From NCBI GenBank assembly GCA_964016885.1, contig OZ024740.1:333622001-333686000 (forward strand): a stretch of DNA of 64,000 nucleotides, read 5' to 3'. This DNA comes from Eledone cirrhosa. Taxonomy: Eukaryota. The notes under the pieces were generated by a model. It did not search any database. It was not told where the DNA came from and was given only the letters and a program-made list of their open reading frames with translations. Made by a program: the position numbers and the translations under genes. Shown one piece after another: positions 57,071 to 64,000 of the stretch. Every line of letters begins with the position of its first letter. The stretch's first letter is position 1.

Positions 57071-57317
57071 TCTACCTGGAGTTGCGACCGATAGATAGCA
57101 TTAGCAACTGGAAAGACCGACGAAAACAGTGTTTCTTCGGTCCGATTTGAGGAAAGTCGATCGATCCTTTAAGTGAAAAGAGTTAGCAATATTTGTGAGA
57201 TAGAAGGGAAAATGAAGAGTTGTTGCTGCGATGAAATATAACCAGTAAACATTGTAAATTGGTTGATAGGTGCAGCCCATCACCCGTAATATTCATTGGC
57301 TTATGTCTTTATATACG

Positions 57318-57351
<34 letters not shown>

Positions 57352-59715
57352 GGAGGGGTGTATGTGTGTGTGTACCTGTGTTTCTATGTGTTTGTGTGTG
57401 CGCGTGTATCTGCTGTGTATTCTACGTTTAAATGGCCACTTTAAATATGGGTGAAGTATGACTAATTTTCTATATTTTGCTTCTTGTTTTTTCTCTCCTT
57501 TCTAAATATAATTTCTCGTTGTTGTTTCTATATTTCTCAGTCCAGTCTACTCCATCCGCTTCTATTCACTGATCTTCTTTCTTCCTATACGTTTCTTCTG
57601 CGTTTTATTGTTGCTTTGTTATTGTTACATTCATTTTCCTCGTTCACTCTTATTTCGTTGTACATTAAAAATAAATAATTTGACTGTTTTCTACGTCCAT
57701 GTATTACCATTGATTATTATATCCGAAATTATATGAAAGTTTTCTTTTAAAATCCCGTATGTAAATTCTGGAGCGGAAATTCATAATTACTGTACTATCT
57801 TTCGTAGACCCGGATGTATACTTCTTTGTTGCGAAAAATGCTTAGTGATATGTTTTGATATATTAAATTATAAATAAGTTCAATATGGTGCAATAATGTT
57901 CTTATAAATAATTTTTCATCGATGTTTCTCTATGTATGAAAACGATTTTTGGGTGTATAGTTCATTGCGGGTCTGTTCGTTTAACGTGGATTTCATGATA
58001 TGTCGCTTTGTTAAAGTAGAGAATATTTTCGATTGATTCAGAAAGAAAGAAAAAATACGCATTAGTGTGACAAATATATTTGATTCTATAGCTGTGCGCA
58101 ATAACCTCATTTTCAGATATAACAAACAGTGTCAAAAGAAATTACTAAAAAAAGGTAATTGTTTCTTTGGAAACTAAAGTTTGAGTTGTTTTTCACTGAT
58201 GTAGTGTTTCATTATCTATTGCACTTGCTTTGTAGCTTGAAGGCAGTAAACATATGTGTACACCTTATAGAAACTGTCATTTGCTTTTGTTTTTTTTTTC
58301 ATCATTATGTTTCAATGCAAATACTTTGTTGTGAAGTTTCAAATATATTTCTCAACGAAATTACTTAAACTAACTATCAGAATTGTATTATTTTGCTAAT
58401 GACACTCCTTTCTATGAGCAGTCATTCAGGAAAAGAAAATAAATATGAAAAAAGAAATCTAATTAGAAAAAATAATTTTGAACATATGGTACATTCATTT
58501 TACATTTTATTCTACTTAACTTGCTATTATATGGTTTTGCCTTATTGCGAAACTATTTTGTTGCATCGATTGTCAATTACATAGACGAGTCCTAGTTTCT
58601 GTGTTTATTTACAATTACTTTCAAATTGACAGGTGAGGGTAATTTTCACAGTTCTCTTGTTGACATATGTTCCATACCGTGAAAACAAAACTATCATTAC
58701 TTATACGTGAATTTTAACACTTTCTCATAAACTAACCTCACTCTGTATAATTTAAATTAGGTTTCTCCAAGATTTTCTTCATTTACTGAACTGGGTGTTT
58801 ATTCAGCACACTTAACAAGTGTAAAATCACGTTTTACATTTGTCTTATGTAGCTTATTTGAGCTGACGGAATAAGTATGGGTGGGAATTCGATAGATACA
58901 TACTGATAATCGTATCATTTATAGCTTGTACTTACATTATGCATATGTAGCTAGTTTACTCAATATATATATTGGTACCAATAGATTAAAGCTAATTATT
59001 ATTTGTATTGGTATTATATCCAATGTAGAACATGTCCGTATTTGGCGGTTTTAAATACAGTTTGACGTTTATGTCTATGGAAATATAGTAATGGGGAATA
59101 TACATGTTATATAGAAAAGAATATACGAAAGATGTGTTGATTTCTGTATATTATATTACTAGTATATAAATTATATGAATGGACATTTATATCAGCATTA
59201 TCGTTTCCGCCTCGTTAGATAATTGAATAAGGTAAAGAATATCATACTTGAAAGAGAAGCACACCAATCAAACCGAAAAGCGTGCAAAGTATTATAGCTT
59301 GAAATATACTTGATTATTTACAAGCATATTAGAACATATTAGAGCAACGTGAAATAAAGAATTCGTTGATATCATCAACTTAATAAATGTAAATATCAAT
59401 TAATACAACAATGTTTTAGTATCACACATAATTTGTTATATATGAACATCATCATTTCAAACATCAATTCAATGAGCTAGCGGGGTAGCCTGTAAGCTGT
59501 TCTGGAGCACTATTACTGCTAGAAATAGCAAACAAATATTTCATATCTGTGTGTCAGGTTTTTGATAATGCTTTCTTCAGTTGTTTATTAATGTGGAAAT
59601 GCATTGTTAACAGTGTCGGAACGCTGCAAGAGTATTCTCCATTTGATTTTGATTGATAGATATTGAGTAAAAATTTGTTATTCAGAAAAAGTTTATCAAT
59701 CTTGTTTAATATATA

Positions 59716-59906
59716 TAATTGTTTTTACTTTAGGCACAAGGCCAGCAATTACCCAGTGCATTACTGGTACTTTACTTTATCGACCCCGTAAGGATGAAAG
59801 GCAAAGTTAACCTCGGCGAGATTTGAACTCAGATCGTAAAGGGACGTAACTATGCTGGAAAGCATGGCGTCCGATCCTCTACCGATACAGCCAATCCACC
59901 GCCCTT
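59716..59906 (-). mobile_element. tRNA-derived SINE family A with probable target-site duplication tttaatatatataat (59705, 59905)
   Basis: Full-length copy; the flanking 15-mer is repeated. Confidence 0.88.
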
Positions 59907-60288
59907 TAATATATATAATGTATTTGAATTTGATGTTAATTTATCTCAGGAAACTAGGATTAAATTGAAATGTTATGTATGGGAGCTTTCTTTGGAAGCA
60001 TATGATCATTTGATTTCGGAATATATATGTAGGATGATGGTTATGTCCAACACCTTCTTAGTTTCTTTTTATATGTATAAGCCTCTATATCTCGAAACAA
60101 TCAAACCATGGTGAATTCACGTTCATGCTGAGTCCACTATGGTGTGCTATGATTTCTTAACAGGTTAAATTATGTGTATATTAGAATTATTTCTCTGTTT
60201 GATAGGATATTAAATATATATGACTCACCTACATATATAAGAGAGTGCAAACCAAACTGAGTATTCAATCAGAGACACACACACATAT

Positions 60289-60336
<48 letters not shown>

Positions 60337-60452
60337 ACACACACACACACACACGCACACACCCATATATATATAGATAGGAAAAGAGTCAGGACCCCGA
60401 CGGCTGAGCTCCGCCGTTTCCACAGCATATGTATACACCCCCCCCCACCCCC

Positions 60453-60532
<80 letters not shown>

Positions 60533-60685
60533 CAAGATGTATGGTAGGTCGTATGTGAATCGCGATGATCACGTCTGACCTACCAAATATGCGACGGTAG
60601 CTAGTTAAGCTCTATGCGTATAAGCAGAGCAGAAATATTAATGAAAAAGAACAAAGGAACTATTATGACATTATAACAAGTTTAT

Positions 60686-60732
60686 TGCCGACAGCCGTTT
60701 CGTCCGACCATATGGTGGGACTTTTCAAGGCA
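60686..60732 (-). ncRNA. Hammerhead ribozyme, U3-A8 core variant
   Basis: tgcc-TTGAAAA-gtcc...ggac-GAAA-cggctg-TC^ggca. Confidence 0.78.
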
Positions 60733-62192
60733 TATAACATGTGATTGTAAGTTCATTATTTACATCAACGTATCACTTAAGACTAGCAGTTTGAAATTGT
60801 GGTATACATCAGCAGCTCCGCTTGTATATTTGGGGTCTATATTCTAAGGGGGCTCTTTTATATTAGTTGTATGTGTGTAAAGTATCCGTGCGTGGGATAT
60901 CCCTGAGTACATTTTATTGACTATCAATTGTTAATTGATTGTTTGTTAATTAGGCAGGAGTATACCATTATGTCTTTGTTAATCATATGTGATGCTGTAT
61001 GTGTGTAAAGTATCCGAGAGCGGGATATCCCTGAGCTAATTTTGCTTGACTGTTAATTGTTTATTGATTTTTTGTTAATTAGGCAGGAATATATTATTAT
61101 GTCTTTGTGAATCCTGTATCAATAATTTTATAGTAATTTTTTAATCCTGTATCAATAGTTTCATGATAATTTTGTAATAATTTTATAATAATTTTATAAT
61201 AATTTTGTGATAATTTTATAGTAATTTTTTGATAGTACATTATTAGATTACTGAAGCTACCTTATACCCTCTTAAAAATACATTTTATAATTATTGTCTT
61301 TTAAAAATACATTTTATAATTATTGTCTTTTTGCTTATGTATTTTCTTACATATCATTTTCTTTAATCTTGCCCAACTTGATAAGCTCTTTGAATTGCTC
61401 CCTAATTAAATTACTTAAATTACTTAAATTATTTTATCTATTATACCTAAGTTGTATCTGTTGAAGCAGCCCATTGAAAATTCCTCGAATATCCCAAATA
61501 CCGTAATTTTTAACTTTTAATTTATAATTTTCTTCAATTCGTTTATATATATCCTTAAAGGCTCTCTAAAATGTTAATTCTTCGAAGGGTCTCTCGAAGG
61601 AGGTTCCTATTAAAAATATTAAACGAGCCTTTTCTGAGGGGTTTATTGAAGGCTTTTTGAATTAACCTTTAATTGATTAGTTTCTTTCAACTTAGTAGGG
61701 ATTATAAAAACTTCGTAAATTTTCTGAAATTTTTTAACGTGATCTCTGGGGAAGAAAGTTTTTTTTTTCTTTCGAAAACAATTTTTTTCTCTCGAAGGTA
61801 CTTCTTAGGAAACTTTATATCTTTATTTTTTATTTTATTAGTCTCTTAATCTCTTCTAGTTTGTTAAGTTTATTGGGGCTTGTAAGCTTTATGCACTTAT
61901 TGAGGGATTTTTTAAGGTGCTTCTACGAGATCCCAAGTCTTTTACTTTTAATGCGTAAATTATAAATTATCTAATTTTTAACCTTCAATCCCTGACTCTT
62001 AGGCCCTTTTCAAATTCTCTTAACTCCCCATAACCCATCCCTTTTACAATTCAGACAACTAATATAAAAGAGCTCCCTTAGAATATAGACCCCAAATATA
62101 CAAGCGGAGCTGCTGATATATACCACAATTTCAAACTGCTAGTCTTAAGTGATACGTTGATGTAAATAATGAACTTACAATCACATGTTATA

Positions 62193-62239
62193 TGCCTTGA
62201 AAAGTCCCGCCATATGGTCGGACGAAACGGCTGTCGGCA
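62193..62239 (+). ncRNA. Hammerhead ribozyme, U3-A8 core variant (other arm)
   Basis: tgcc-TTGAAAA-gtcc cgccatatggtc ggac-GAAA-cggctg-TC^ggca; GUC cleavage after 62235. Confidence 0.78.
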
Positions 62240-62417
62240 ATAAACTTGTTATAATGTTATAATAGTTCCTTTGTTCTTTTTCATTATATATATATATATA
62301 AACGTTTGAATATGTGTAATAAGGCCAAGACAATGCAGGTATGGACATAGAAAAAAGAATGCAATAGTGAAAGATATTGATGTGAATTCGTCTTTCACCT
62401 TGAATTTATTTAAATGT

Positions 62418-62452
62418 CCTTAATTTTCGAGATAATATCTCTTCTTCGGAGG
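62418..62452 (-). ncRNA. Minimal hammerhead motif with CCGAAGA core
   Basis: cct-CCGAAGA-a-gagat att atctc-GAAA-at-TA^agg; palindromic AATT. Confidence 0.7.
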
Positions 62453-62859
62453 GAAGTAAAGATCTCAAACCAGCGTCTTTAAATCTCTAGCCAAGCCATG
62501 CTGACCGGAAATAGTATAGAGTATCTGTTCTAACTCTAATATCAAAGAATTAAAATTAGGTGGATAAAGAGTAGTCTCCCTTTAAGAGGGGTTTGTTTAG
62601 GTTTTTTTTATTTTTTTTATTTTATTTTATATACGTGCCTGTATATGTGTGTGGGAGAATGCATGAAGGTGTAGGTATGTGGGTGTGTGTGTGTGAGTGT
62701 GGGAAGATAGGTCTAATCGTAAAAGTGGGGGGTAGGTGTTATCTGGTGTTAGAACTGGTTTTGTGTGTGTATGTGTGAGAGAGAATAAGTGGAGGTGTAA
62801 GCGTGTGTGTGTGCGCGTGCGTGTGTGTGGGGGGTGTAAAAATGGGGCTAGAGGCCCTA

Positions 62860-63999
62860 TCAGGTTATAAATTGGGTGTTGAGCTCTAGTCTATTATTGA
62901 TTGGTGGATGTGTTCTATCTATAATAAGTGCTTCCTTAATTCTAAGATTGCCGAGGTTTCTTTCCTTAGTTTCTATTCTAACTGTTATGTTTTTATCGGT
63001 GTTTTTGCATTTAACTAGGTGTTTCTTAAATGAGGAAGCGTTAGTATTGCGGTGTTCTTTTATTCTTATGTGGAGTGGTCTGGTGGTGCTACCTACGTAG
63101 AAGTTGTTGCATTTGTCACACTCTAGTCTGTATACTACGTAAGCCTGGTGGCATAGGTCTGTGTCGTTGATAGGGCAGTTGGCTAGTCTGCAGCAGTTGT
63201 CATGTCTGGTGGAGTGTCTCTTAGCCAGCCGTCCGCGCAGAGAAGGACCCGAGTGGGCCAGCTGGATATCCAGTCCCTCTCGTCTGATGGCTCTGCGGAT
63301 GGCTGTTGTTGTTTCTTCACTGAAGTGTGAGAGCTTCAGGAATCAAGTGTTAGTGCCTCGGGTGTGGTGTCCTCTGTTCTTTCTGGCACGGTTTGTGGTG
63401 GATGTCGTGTATCCGTTCAGTTTGAGTACTTCCAGGAAATGTGTGGTGTGTGTGTCTCGGTCTCTGGCGTCGGTGCATTTGTTCTTGATACGTGCCAGTT
63501 CGTTCTTTATGTATCCGAACTTGGCACCGAGTGGGAGGGCCGATCTGAAATGTACGAACAGGTCCCTGCTGGCGGATTTTTTATAGAAGCAGGTGTGGAT
63601 GTTGCCTTCCTCTGTTACCCTGAGTTGGAAATCCAGTAGGGATAGGGATCTGCGGTCATCGGGGTGTTCCATGCTGAACTTTATACTGGCGTCCATGCTG
63701 GAGAATGTTGTGTATATTTTCTCTGCCTCCTCACGGGATGATGTAAGGATGAGTATGTCATCTACATATCGGGTGAAGAAGGCATGGGAATGGCAGGTGT
63801 TGAGGGTTCGGCATTCTAGCTGGTTCATGTAGGTGATGGCCAGCAGGCCCGAAAGGCTGGATCCCATGGGTAATCCTGTTGTCTGTCTGTATGTGTGGTG
63901 GTGGAAGGTGAAGTACGTGTTGTCTACTGTGAAGGACAAAAGCTGGTGTATGTCCGTCGGGTGGAGGCCGTAGCAGTGGATGTTCTCTGCGACCACGCA
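62860..63999 (-). CDS. PLE reverse transcriptase + GIY-YIG endonuclease (5' partial), one in-frame TGA at 63343-63345
   Basis: YRQTTGLPMGSSLSG, FFTRYVDD, LSLLDF, FYKK, HFRSALP; after the TGA the same frame continues with CRLANCPINDTDLC, VVYRLECDKCNNFYVGSTTRPLHIRIKEH, KH, LRIKEAL...PPIN to TGA at 62860-62862. Confidence 0.88.
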
Positions 64000-64000
64000 G

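Larger units (their letters stand above)
60531..62286 (-). mobile_element. Fold-back PLE-type element: arms 60639-60870 and 62055-62286, tail 60531-60638, AT-rich interior without recognisable ORF, (TA)n flanks
   Basis: ~230-bp inverted arms, each with an HHR variant; internal ~127-bp tandem duplication at 60868-61115. Confidence 0.85.
62300..64000 (-). mobile_element. Penelope-like retrotransposon (C-terminal endonuclease type), 3' part; continues beyond the window
   Basis: RT and GIY-YIG ORF, CA-rich 3' UTR, HHR motif, abuts (TA)n. Confidence 0.93.

Noticed and set aside
57113-57141. gaccgacgaaaac...gtttcttcggtc hairpin containing CCGACGA
   Set aside because: Simple stem-loop with no hammerhead topology
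62460-62545. SECIS candidate in the PLE 3' UTR
   Set aside because: The AUGA/AA/GA pattern is incomplete in both copies and the spacing is off
62300-64000. Assignment to the Naiad clade because of the TGA
   Set aside because: Naiads have an N-terminal GIY-YIG; here it is C-terminal

Overview
AT-rich, microsatellite-dense eukaryotic DNA, most likely an octopod cephalopod (inferred from SINE types and (TA)n/(CA)n content). There is no clearly intact host gene, and almost all ORFs in the track are microsatellite artefacts. The window is dominated by retroelements: two coding Penelope-like elements (PLEs; RT plus C-terminal GIY-YIG) at 27.8-32.9 kb and 62.3-64 kb, decayed LINEs (R4/Dong-like, CRE-like, RTE-like), about a dozen copies of a tRNA-derived SINE, one non-autonomous Helitron and a 28S rRNA fragment. 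The main hidden structure is a set of about 16 type I hammerhead ribozyme (HHR) motifs from roughly 10 unrelated sequence families, all read by eye. Many sit in (TA)n-inserted fold-back elements with a shared layout: (TA)n / tail-less inverted arm / sense arm with HHR / 45-135 nt tail / (TA)n. Several have non-canonical cores (CCGA; compensatory U3-A8) and palindromic stem III. Also notable are a single in-frame TGA between RT and endonuclease in an otherwise open PLE ORF, and a conserved permuted GAAA...CYGAYGA motif in direct-repeat elements. No folding or database search was run.
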